NCBI GenBank assembly: GCA_049973945.1
Contig: JBMFJH010000005.1
Coordinates: 11,441-75,440, forward strand
DNA: 64,000 nucleotides
From: Thermoprotei archaeon
GTDB lineage: Archaea > Thermoproteota > Thermoprotei_A > Sulfolobales > Sulfolobaceae
Direction: 5' to 3'
Under the pieces are notes generated by a model. It had not been told where the DNA came from. It saw only the letters and a program-made list of their open reading frames with translations, and did no database searches. Shown here in pieces: positions 31,419 through 42,300 of this stretch (position 1 is the first letter of the stretch; each line of letters begins with the position of its first letter). A program made the position numbers and the translations under genes.

Positions 31419-31742
31419 TCAGGGGTTGGCCCTGAGTAAGCCGAGCTCCGAGAGCAACTCGGAGGCCCTCCCGCCCAACTTCCCGCGCACCCCCCTCCTT
31501 ATCAGGTTGAACATGTAGAGGGAAGCCTCTAGGATCGCCTCCTCGTCGTATTTATTTACCAGAGACAGGTACTCCTCGCAGTCGGCGACGTAACCGCTCG
31601 CCGGGCCGCGATAGGTGAGACGCCCGTCGACCTCGTAGAAGTCGTCTATGGGGATCCCCAAAGAAAGGGAGATTAAGAGAGCCTTCTCGTCAACCAGGCT
31701 CCTTTCGTTCTCCTTCACGCAGTTAAAGACCGCCGAAGCCAT
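31419..31742 (-). CDS. hypothetical protein
   Basis: 107-aa ORF, the only coding-looking stretch in a long GC-rich ORF-poor tract. Confidence 0.45.
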   Translation of the reverse strand: MASAVFNCVKENERSLVDEKALLISLSLGIPIDDFYEVDGRLTYRGPASGYVADCEEYLSLVNKYDEEAILEASLYMFNLIRRGVRGKLGGRASELLSELGLLRANP

Positions 31743-32606
31743 TTCTTTTTGGGTGATCGCAGAATTTTTCCCCTCTCATCACAGTGTTCAGAAATCACAG
31801 GGAGTTAACCGAAGGTGAAAGTCCCGTCTCGGCCCGCGAAGGCGTACAGGGCTCCGGCGACGCTTTACGCGGGTATCACGGGGTGAGGCACTTAAAAAGT
31901 GACGCGCGGCGCCCCTAGCAGGGGGTAGAGGCCCGAGTCGGAGGGAGGGGCCCCAAGGTTCACGGGCTCCTAAGTCCGGGAGACAGGGGGACGCCCCACG
32001 GTATTGGCCCCCACGGGGGAACCCGCCGTCAGCTCCCCTCTGGCCTCCTTCCAGGCCTCGCGCCTGACGCGGCCCGCTTCCGTCTCGCCCCGGGGGAAAA
32101 GGCCGCGGACGACCTGATGAGCGGGAGACCCCCGCGATCCCGCGAAGCCCCTTCCCGCTACCCGGGTTACGCCAAGCGTTCTGCCGTCTGGCCGCTCGCG
32201 GAGGCTCCGGCCTTCCTCGGCTACCCCTAGCGATGGCCCCTGTTTTCCTCCCTCTCTCCTTCTCCCACCGCCTCGGGTCTCAAGGGGCTCGAGCGTCCCT
32301 CAAGGCGCCGGCATAGCTTTCGAGGCCTGTGCTATCGCGCCCAGATGCCCTACGTAACTCCAACCCGCGGGCGACGGGGACACCCTTTTCTTCCTCGGGA
32401 CGGCGGAGCCGTTAGTGTTAGACCGCGTCGACCGAGAGAAGACGGAATCGACCTGACCGAGGGCCGGGTTTGCACGCGCAGAGGACGAAGGTACCGACCG
32501 TTGACATTACTGGAAGCCCAACCGCGGCAACTCCCTACTCGGCCTAGGGGCGCGAGCGAAAGCGGAACTACAGCAAACGTCGGGGGCGTTACGGACGCGA
32601 CTTCTT

Positions 32607-32995
32607 TCACCTGATCCAGATCCTCTTGACCTCTTTCACCTTGTCGAACTCCCTGTCCTCGCTCAAGACCAAGTCCAGCGAGTTGTTCAACATGACGGCG
32701 ACGTGAAAGGCGTCGGAGGGCTTGATCGAGTACCTCCTCATGACCTCTTTCGCCCTCTCGTATTCCCTCACCGTAATCGGTAAAACCGTCAGGTACTTCA
32801 GACTGCTTCGCCTAAGAACTCCATCGTGTCGCTGTACTCAACCCCGTATTTCTTTTTAGACACGTACAGTACCTCGTCTAGGACTAGTGGGTCGGTGAAC
32901 AAAGACTGTTGAGTCAAGAGCCTCAGGTAATAATCCCTTACCTCGCTTACATTTAGGTTCAGGTATATCAGGAAGTTAGCGTCCGGAAAGATCAT
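32607..32995 (-). pseudogene. vapC: VapC-type PIN toxin, frameshifted
   Basis: N-terminal 65 aa (MIFPDANFLIYL..) stop at 32798. The C-terminal PIN part (..YLTVLPITVREYERAKEVMRRYSIKPSDAFHVAVMLNNSLDLVLSEDREFDKV..) continues in another frame to the TGA at 32607. Confidence 0.7.
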
Positions 32996-33251
32996 CCTCG
33001 AACTCCTCTTCCAAGCTCACCGCCTCGAGCTCCCCCAGGCTCGCCCTCTTGGCGTAAGAGACCCTCTTCCCGTGCTCGTCGAGCTTCCTCGCCACCTCCC
33101 GCACGTCCACCCTCCTCTCCGGCTCGAGGACTATCTTGCGCCCGACGACGGTCAAGACCAGGACGTCCCCCTCCTTTATTCCTAGCGAGTCCCGCACGCT
33201 CTTGGGGATCGTTATGCGGCCCTCCTTCCCCACCTCCACCCGTATGCCCAT
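32976..33251 (-). CDS. vapB: AbrB/SpoVT-family antitoxin
   Basis: GRITIPKSVRDSLGIKEGD motif; 91 aa; overlaps the vapC start by 20 nt. Confidence 0.8.
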   Translation of the reverse strand: MGIRVEVGKEGRITIPKSVRDSLGIKEGDVLVLTVVGRKIVLEPERRVDVREVARKLDEHGKRVSYAKRASLGELEAVSLEEEFEDDLSGR

Positions 33252-33784
33252 ACTGTATCGACTGTTTAATCGGTGAAACTGAATTTAAACTGACGTCTTA
33301 ACTGACGTGCCGACCGCGTCGCTTGGCACGGCAAGAGAGGCCGCGCTGGTTTCTTTTATTAAACGTCTTGTGGCCCTAGATCGCGCTACTGAAGGGCTGT
33401 CCGGCTCACCCGTTGACCTTTTAACCCCCTAAACTGAGGGGCCTAGCCCTCGCCGCGAGCGAGGTCGAAGAGGAGAGGGATTAACGGCCTTGGATAGCCA
33501 CCGAACTCCTCCGCCGTCGCGCCCCTCTCGGGTCGCAGTCCCTGACACCCCCCCCCCACGGCTTACGGGCCAGTTGGGACTCGCTCCGACGCCGTCGCTG
33601 GCACCCTTCGCTTACACAGTGCTGACGCCGCGCGACACACGCGGCGGGGCGGAGAACCACGAGTACGTAACCCTCACCGAGCCCGTTGCGGGTCGAGGGC
33701 TTCACGCCCCCTCGGTTGTGAGCGGCTCCGCCCGCTGTCGACGATGAGCCGCCCGAGCCGCGGGGCCCCGGCGTCCAGGAGGTT

Positions 33785-34268
33785 CTAACTGGCCTGGGGG
33801 ACCTTCCCCAGAACCCTCTTCATGACCCCCACGAACTCCTCGGCCTTCGACAGCGACAGCTCGACGTCCTCCCTCGTCATGAAGCCCTCGTAAAAGTTGG
33901 AGCGGAGCCTCAGGCAGACGGACCAGCCGGAGACCAACTTCTCGTCCTTCTCCGCGCTTATCAGCTTACTCATCGCCTCCTCCAGCTGCCTGTGCCTGTA
34001 GTGCTCGAGCCCCCTCTTCTCCGCGTAAGCCTTGACCGCGGAGGCGCAGGCCCCCCCAGGCCTTCCCCGAGGCTTGGACCAAGTCCCCCGCCTCGAGGTA
34101 CTTCCTCGCCTCCGAGAGCAGGTCGTCCGCCTTCTCCACGTACAGGGCGAAGCGAGTCGCGGGGTCCAGGTCCCTCGAGAGCTTGTCTATTATCAGGACC
34201 TCCTCGTCGATGCCCTTCTCAAAGGCCTCCCTCTTGAGGGCCTCTTCTAGGAGCTTCGGTATTTCCAC
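33785..34268 (-). pseudogene. PaREP1-family protein, frameshifted in a G7/C7 homopolymer
   Basis: ORFs 33966-34268 and 33785-33973 join if one base is changed in the C7 run 34051-34057 (..GDLVQASGKAWGG / ACASAVKAYAEKRGLEHYRHRQLEEAMSKLI..). Confidence 0.7.
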
Positions 34269-34379
34269 AAGGTGGCTATACCGCGAAGTGATAAAAACTT
34301 AGTTTCACCGTTGCTTGGAGTCCGACTTTCATGAGATCCCATTTCTGTTTTAGACTCTTCTGAAAAGATTTTTCATTAA

Positions 34380-37300
34380 CTTTCAATTCCATAGAGGATT
34401 AACAAAACAATCCCTGTGGACGAGCGTGAAGACCAGTGTAGCTTTCAATTCCATAGAGGATTAACTGATACGGAATTAAACTATGACGAGTACGAACTCT
34501 TTAAGACTTTCAATTCCATAGAGGATTAACGGTGGCTACGTTGTTTACCTGCAGTATCGAGTTTACGGCCTTTCAATTCCATAGAGGATTAACGGGAGAG
34601 GTAGACCCAGACGTTTTCTTCTCTTACTTTGACCTTTCAATTCCATAGAGGATTAACACCAACCCGACAACTTGGCTGTCACGATCGGCACTATAGTCTT
34701 TCAATTCCATAGAGGATTAACGCGAATCCAATAGCGTTCAATATACTGAGAGACATCTACGACCCTTTCAATTCCATAGAGGATTAACGAGTTTCTTAAG
34801 GCAATTCTCGAAAACTTAATTTATGTTTTCTTTCAATTCCATAGAGGATTAACGCAGCATCTTGGCATCGAACGGCGCCGACATGTTCCTGACCTTTCAA
34901 TTCCATAGAGGATTAACGTGAATCCAGCGTTGCGAGCTGTCATGAACCTCTACAGACAAACTTTCAATTCCATAGAGGATTAACGTTCAGCCCTGAACGA
35001 GGGCCTGTACGACATTCTAAAAACTTTCAATTCCATAGAGGATTAACACCACAGCTTGTAGACCCAGCCGGCGATGAGGAGGAACTCTTTCAATTCCATA
35101 GAGGATTAACCCGGTCGCTCTGCTACGCCCCCGGGCACCAGGGACCGAATGCTTTCAATTCCATAGAGGATTAACGCAGTGTGTTGGCCAGAGCTACACT
35201 TACAGCAGTGCAAGCGTCTTTCAATTCCATAGAGGATTAACAACCCCCAATCAAGAAGATGAGATATTGATTTTTCAGTCCGACTTTCAATTCCATAGAG
35301 GATTAACAGCAATCAGCGCAACCCAGCCGACGCTGATCGCTGGAATTCACTTTCAATTCCATAGAGGATTAACTGTTCTGGGCTGTAGCACTAATAGCGC
35401 TTGGTGCATTAGCCTTTCAATTCCATAGAGGATTAACTCAGGCAGATGATGTTGCAGACCATGATGAACATGTTGCTGCTTTCAATTCCATAGAGGATTA
35501 ACTCTGAACTATATAATACATATCTTATGGCAAAGGCAAACTTTCAATTCCATAGAGGATTAACCGACCTTTATCATGACATAGCCGTCGAGGTAGTTTA
35601 TCCGCTTTCAATTCCATAGAGGATTAACGATAGAACATATATTTTATCACGAATTAGGGCCAATTTATACTTTCAATTCCATAGAGGATTAACGCAATTG
35701 GCGTGACTATCCTGGCTTCGTATTAGATGTCCCCTTTCAATTCCATAGAGGATTAACGTCACGATCTACGTGGATCATGACCCCTTAACGGGGAGACCTT
35801 TCAATTCCATAGAGGATTAACCATCTCTCACTTGAACTTATTCAAGACATTTTGATAATTTCACTTTCAATTCCATAAAGGATTAACCCTTATGATTATG
35901 TCTTGGTCGTTGAGGGCTTCTCTGAGCCTTTCAATTCCATAGAGGATTAACCTCCAACGTGCGAAAAGACTGAACAAGAGGACGGAATAATCTTTCAATT
36001 CCATAGAGGATTAACCGGATATCCATTTGAACCAATTTGGCTTTACAAGGTAATTGGCTTTCAATTCCATAGAGGATTAACCCGACAAAGTGGTACGTTG
36101 TACTTGACGAATACCTTGACTTTCAATTCCATAGAGGATTAACACCGAAAAATGGTGAAACTATAACATTGAAAATCACCAACTTTCAATTCCATAGAGG
36201 ATTAACTCGCCCCCTGTAGCCACTATCCATGCTATGATACAGCAAATCTTTCAATTCCATAGAGGATTAACTCGTACTGGTCAAAAAATGAGACGTAAGT
36301 CTATGTGGTAGCTTTCAATTCCATAGAGGATTAACAGAATTCCATAAGCTTTGGAACGACGAAACGGTTGCAAACTTTCAATTCCATAGAGGATTAACGG
36401 GGCGAGTATAGGGGACACGGCGATCTATTTCGTCCTGAAAGCTTTCAATTCCATAGAGGATTAACGCTACAAGGTAAGGAGGGTGAAGCTGTACGACGCG
36501 GCTACCTTTCAATTCCATAGAGGATTAACCGCGGATGTAGATTCTGTCGCCTCCTTTCGCTGCGATGTCTTTCAATTCCATAGAGGATTAACCAGTTCCG
36601 CGCTTGTCAGGGCCGGGCACAGGACTATTTCCTTTCAATTCCATAGAGGATTAACGGCTCAAGGACATTTCGGAGTTCGTTGTACCGGTAATGTCTTTCA
36701 ATTCCATAGAGGATTAACTTCGCTATATTCATTGACTCTGAGTTGATCGAATATGATGCTTTCAATTCCATAGAGGATTAACTGCCTTAGACGACGCTGG
36801 TTGTACTCCGCTTTGCAGAGCAACTTTCAATTCCATAGAGGATTAACACATGGTGACAGGACAAAGCTTCAACGTGAACGTGAACTCCTTTCAATTCCAT
36901 AGAGGATTAACTACCGTTCTGCGTAATAATGGCAATGTCGCCAGATAAACCCTTTCAATTCCATAGAGGATTAACTAATCAGTTTTTTGGTGATATTCCT
37001 GTTACTTTTTACTTTCTTTCAATTCCATAGAGGATTAACGACGAAGAGCTAAGTGCACTAATGACTGCTCGTGTGCTACTTTCAATTCCATAGAGGATTA
37101 ACTAACTACGATGACGAGAAAAGCAAATCTAAGCTGATCATCTTTCAATTCCATAGAGGATTAACCAGCCTACGTATGCGTGGGTCGAAAGTTACACGTC
37201 GTCATCTTTCAATTCCATAGAGGATTAACTTTCCTCTCTTTACGTTAACTGGGGAGTTAACAGAACTCTCTTTCAATTCCATAGAGGATTAACTGATCTG

Positions 37301-37876
37301 CTGCGGTGTGGTCATGAACATCGTCGGCTTCGCCTTTCAATTCCATAGAGGATTAACGGTTTGCAAATACTTTTGCAAACTGACAAGCCGGGATCCGGCT
37401 TTCAATTCCATAGAGGATTAACTAGGGAAAAGCTCGTAAAGTCTGTAGTCCTTACTACGCTTTCTTTCAATTCCATAGAGGATTAACACGCGAGAAAGAC
37501 CCAGTCGAAGAGTATGAGGAAGCGGTCGAGCTTTCAATTCCATAGAGGATTAACACCATAAAGGAGCTGGCTTGGTACGTGTTCAACCTAATAAAACTTT
37601 CAATTCCATAGAGGATTAACGCTATAGCACTAGCGATGACGTACTTCGTGCTTCCGGGAGGCTTTCAATTCCATAGAGGATTAACGCCTTGCTGTTGAAG
37701 TCGGTGAACCCAGCGAACAAGTTATACGCTTTCAATTCCATAGAGGATTAACCGTGACTGGTTGCACCGCAGGAAACTGCATCGGTTGCTTTCAATTCCA
37801 TAGAGGATTAACACCCGCCGGAGCTCAGGGACTCGGGGTGGCAGTTCCTGGTCTTTCAATTCCATAGAGGATTAAC
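34380..37876 (-). CRISPR. CRISPR array 2: 55 repeats, 54 spacers; repeat (transcript sense) GTTAATCCTCTATGGAATTGAAAG
   Basis: Counted repeat by repeat; one variant repeat (..CCATAAAGG.. near 35864). The leader lies at the 37877 side, so minus-strand transcription is inferred. Confidence 0.97.
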
Positions 37877-38170
37877 TGCAAGTTTATATACCCCCTACCT
37901 CCTCCCTCACTTTTTCTTTGCTACGAGTCTTAGAATCAGAAATCAGATAATAAGCTTAACGCGAACTACTTCCGCTGCACTTTGTTCCCTTTCCACGTTG
38001 TCGTGTCAGAAGTTAAAGCGGCGTGAGCCCATTTCCTGGCTTCCCCAGGGAAGTCCAGGTGTTCTCTAGAGAGGGAATTACTTAAGGGCTGGACGCGGTC
38101 CCTAGGGAGGGTCAACTCAAGGCCTCTCCCGGCTCCCCCAGGGAGAAAAGGAGGGAGGGGACCTCTGGAC
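37877..38170 (-). promoter_or_regulatory. leader of array 2
   Basis: About 300 nt nearly collinear with the reverse complement of 46300-46616 (leader 3). Confidence 0.7.
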
Positions 38171-38317
38171 TTCTACTCTCGCAACTTTACAACGAGCCCC
38201 GCACCGCTCCTCCCCACGCCCTACTTTACCGCCCTGAGGAGACCTCGCTTTCCCCGTCCTCCCTGCTCAGCCCGGGAGAACCACTTTCTTTTTAAATTTA
38301 GAAAAACCCTGTAACAC

Positions 38318-38743
38318 GTGAAGTCCTACTTCACAACGCTCGGCTACACCGAGCAGTTCGTCCTCAGGCTCCTAGCCGAGACCTCCGCCTCCCCCGACGA
38401 CCCCTTCGTGATAGTAGTCCCCTCCCCGATCACCTCCTCGACGAGGACTGCCCTGGAGAACCTCAACGCCTTCTGCTCGAGGGCGAACTACCCCCCGCCG
38501 AAGGTGGTGGAAGTGGCTTTCGACTCCCTCGAGTCGTTGCTCTCCTCCGTGCTCGACGCCCTCTTACCCCTCCCCGAGCCAGTGATCACTGACCTCACCG
38601 TGGGGATGAGGCTCTTCGACGTGGCCATCCTCCTGGCCCTGGTGTCCTCCAGGAAGAGGTTCGTGGCCTACCTGAGGGAGATTGGTCAAGGGAGGGGGAT
38701 TCGCTCAGCAAGATCCTCCTCAGCTCCAGGGCCCTCCAGTTGA
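38318..38743 (+). CDS. Csa3-like CARF domain only (C-terminal wHTH missing from this frame and strand)
   Basis: MKSYFTTLGYTEQFVLRLL.. and ..ITDLTVGMRLFDVAILLAL follow the Csa3 N-domain pattern. The ORF ends after 141 aa in low-complexity sequence. Confidence 0.6.
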   Translation: MKSYFTTLGYTEQFVLRLLAETSASPDDPFVIVVPSPITSSTRTALENLNAFCSRANYPPPKVVEVAFDSLESLLSSVLDALLPLPEPVITDLTVGMRLFDVAILLALVSSRKRFVAYLREIGQGRGIRSARSSSAPGPSS

Positions 38744-38907
38744 TAGAACCTCGAGACTATTTCGCGCCCGCTGACGCTTTCGCCGGTCTCGATGCACTTC
38801 CAGACCCCGGACGAAGGGGATGCCTCTTCACGCCATACTTCTATGTCAGGGAACGGAGTACGCGAAGGGTTGTTAAGAGATAAATTCCCTCATTTCTAAG
38901 CGAGTCC

Positions 38908-39195
38908 TCAGGCCTTCCCAGGCTGGGCGGTCGCCCTCTCCCCTGCCCTCGCCTCCTCCGCCTGACCAGCCCTCCAGGCCGCGAGCTTCACCGCGAGCCT
39001 CCCCAAGGGGGTTAAGGAGACCAGCCTGTCCTTGCCCCTGGTCGTTATTTGGCCCAGCTTCTTCAGGCCACTAGTCCTGTTCAGCATGGTCTTCTCGCTC
39101 CTCTTGAGGGAGTTAGCCAACTCGGTCAGAGTCCTGTCCCTCTCCACGAGCGAGGCGAGGAACCTCAACTCCTCCTCCGAGTAGTCCCTGGTCAA
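38908..39195 (-). CDS. wHTH DNA-binding protein resembling the C-terminal half of Csa3
   Basis: SEEELRFLASLVERDRTLTELANSLKRSEKTMLNRTSGLKKLGQITTRGKDRLVSLTPLGRLAV parallels the wHTH of the Csa3 at 10231-10908; TTG start; lies 125 nt downstream of the 1455-aa gene. Confidence 0.65.
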   Translation of the reverse strand: MTRDYSEEELRFLASLVERDRTLTELANSLKRSEKTMLNRTSGLKKLGQITTRGKDRLVSLTPLGRLAVKLAAWRAGQAEEARAGERATAQPGKA

Positions 39196-39319
39196 GGCGT
39201 TTACTTCGGCGTCGGTGAGCCTGAAGGCCCTGGTCCCGCTCTCCTCGACGGGACGTTCCTGTAAGGGAAACCGGGTAGAAATGACGGAAATAAGGCTAGA
39301 CCAGGTTAACGACGTTAAG

Positions 39320-42300
39320 CTAGAAATGGAGATAGTACAGTTTTGCCAGGGCGAGCTTCACTCTCTCCTCGTCGTTGTTCTCCACCGCCTCGCGTAGGGC
39401 CTTAAAAAGCCCTGAAACTATATCTATGTTAGAATGTATGAGCTCACTTCCCTTCGAGATGGCCCTCACAGTCTCCCTATCGCCGTCGAGCAGGGCGTTT
39501 AATGTGAGTATCAGGTCGCCTACAGACCGATCCGTCGACAGCGCCTGTATGACGGCCCTCGGGCTGAACTCCTTGCTGAGCTCTTCTACGACGCTACCCT
39601 CGGACACGGACTTGAGGTCTTCGACCAGCATCTCGCGCGCAAACCTGTTCCCCTTTAGGGCTAAGCGCAGACCGTTGCAAACGTGTTCGCATAACGTTGC
39701 TTTCTCATCCGGCTCACCCTCATACAGCTCCTCGCACCCCTTCCCACAGTCGACGTCAAGGCCTAGAGAGAGCTTCAGGGCCGGAGCCATGAACCTGAGT
39801 ACCCTGGCGGCACCTAGCACCTCGTCAACGCCGGGCCTCCGGTCGACTACCCCTAAGTAGTTCAGGAGCAGCGTCGTCGCGACCCTCATGGCAAGGGGTA
39901 AATAGTCTAGTAACCAGCCGAGTACTTTGAGAAGTCCCTCCGCCTCGCCCTTGTTGCCAGAAAGTCCCAGGTAAATCAAGTACTCTGCGAGTGTAATACC
40001 CTTTAGCTGCGAACCGCGGGCGTCAATACCTAGCTTCTCCACAGCTTCGTTGAACACCTCCCTGAACTCGCCCGCGGCCTCAATTAGACCCTGGAGGCTG
40101 TCCGCCTTGAGAACCCTCGCTCTCACTAAGAAGGAGTGCGCAGCGACGTAGTTTCCCCAATGCTCTGTCTCCTGGGCGAGAGCTCTGGCCTTCTCGAAGT
40201 GTTTCACCGCGTCGTCGAACTTGCCCTCTCGTAGACTAATAGCACCTGCCGCGGAGTGTAACACCCCCAATATATTCTTCACATGAGAGACTAAGGCCTC
40301 TTTCGGCTGTCTCAGTGATACACCTTTTAAATACTCCCTCACGTTCTCGTCCTTCAACCACTCGTCGAACTTCTCCGCCCTGTCCAAATCGCTTATGAGC
40401 CTCTCTATCTCTCTTGCTAAGTTAATGCCACAATTCAATCCAGTCTTGGTAAGAACCTCAAGAACGCGTGCTTCGGAAGCATACCTAAGAAACTCGCTGC
40501 CCAGCCCTTCGGCCACCTTCAGCAGGAGCTTGGCCGTTTCACATACCACGTTTGGAGGGGCCCCGCCGCCTATCAACGAGGCTAATGCATGAACTAGTCT
40601 AACCTTATTGGAATCCCTCAACTTGTCCAGATCTTCAAGGGAATCCATGACGAATCTTCCGATGCCGAGCAGTGCTTCCTTAATGTCAGCAACTACGTTT
40701 ATAGCAGAGCTGATGAATTCGGCCCAACGGTCGGGCGACTTTCCTCTTAGCGAACTCAAAAGATCTACAGCAGAGACTATAAGATTTGGACGTGTTACAG
40801 TGTCGATGCTCAAGGAAGCTACCCGTAAGGCCTCGTCCGCGAAATCCACTTTGGCGTAGGCGGAGAGGATCGAGAGGCCCAGGCCGTAAATTTCTTCTAG
40901 CAAATGGACTTTTTGCCTTTCCTCCCACTTCTTCAAGAGGGCCTCCAACTCGCCCTTCATCCTGTCGCGCTGAACCATAACGTCGATGAACGGGTTGTCC
41001 ACTAATTTCTCAGCCGAGTACGGCATAAGCAAAAGTCCCTCACTTAAGGGGGTCAGCTCCCCGTCGGCCAACAGCATGTCGAGGGCCCGACACTCGCTTT
41101 CAGGATCGCTCAGGAAGTTAAGGGCCCTTCTGACCGGTTCGGCGAGGTCGCGTTTCCCCTCGTCGCTCATCCTCTTGTAAGCTATAAGGGGTAGCCGGAG
41201 CCCGTGTCCCCCCCTTACAGCACCAAGAGCGAACACTAACGCGTTCCAGCAAGGGCTATTCGGGTCGGCAAGACCTCCTTCGCCGGCTATTACCTCCTTG
41301 ATCTTGCCGCCGTATTCCTTGAATACGTATTTCACGGCTTCTTCCATGCTGTTGACCCTGACCCTCTTCTCTTGATCCATCCAGACGCTCAGGACTTCCC
41401 TTAACTGTTTGTCCTTGATCTCTTCGCCTCTGACGGCCCTCACGATGAGGCTTATCGCGTCCTCCAGAAGGTCCTCGTGCTTCAACGCCAGCCAGTGAGC
41501 TTCCTCCCCCCAATTCTCTTTCTTCCCGCCCAAGTTTAATCCATTCGACCAACGCGCCAGGCGGTTAACGAAGTAGGGGGGCATTACGTACATTCCGCTT
41601 TTCACTGCGTCCTTTAACGGCTCCCTTATGGCCAAGATCTCGGAGAACGCCTCGACCCGTTGTGTATTTATTTCATTATCCTCTTTAATTTTCAGATAGT
41701 CGTTAATCCACCAGACAAGGAAGAGATCCGCCCTACCTCTGGACTCCCTCAGTAACTCTTCAATTCTGCTAACGTTACAGCCTTTCTCCTTTAAATTCTC
41801 GCCAACTAACCTGGCAATTAAAGTATAACCCTCCTTAAACTTCAAGACCTCACTTACTAGGTTACTTAGAGTGTTCTCATCAAACATGCAACCGGAATAA
41901 CTCCTGATTATCTCCTTAAGGAAGTCCATATCGGAAACGTTAAACTCGACACTCTCAACCCTCTTTCTAGCGTCCTCGCGTAACACGTTATAAACATCAT
42001 CCGGTATTACTATGATCGTGGGGACGGAATAAGTCACCCCATCCTTCCCGGAAGTCATGAGATTGAAAATCTTCTCGACCTTACTTACTATAGCCCGAGC
42101 GACCTCCTGCTTCGGCCTTCCCAGACCCCCAACCTCGTAAAATAGTAGAGTTGATGGGTCGTAGAGTAAAACGTATCTCTTGAACCCGATAGCTTCCTCA
42201 ATTGTACTGTGGATCTGACCTTCGTTCAGTGCAGCTAGGTCTATTATGCCCTTTATCTCCCCCTCCTTCAACATCTTTGCCATAAGGTAGTTGATGAAAG

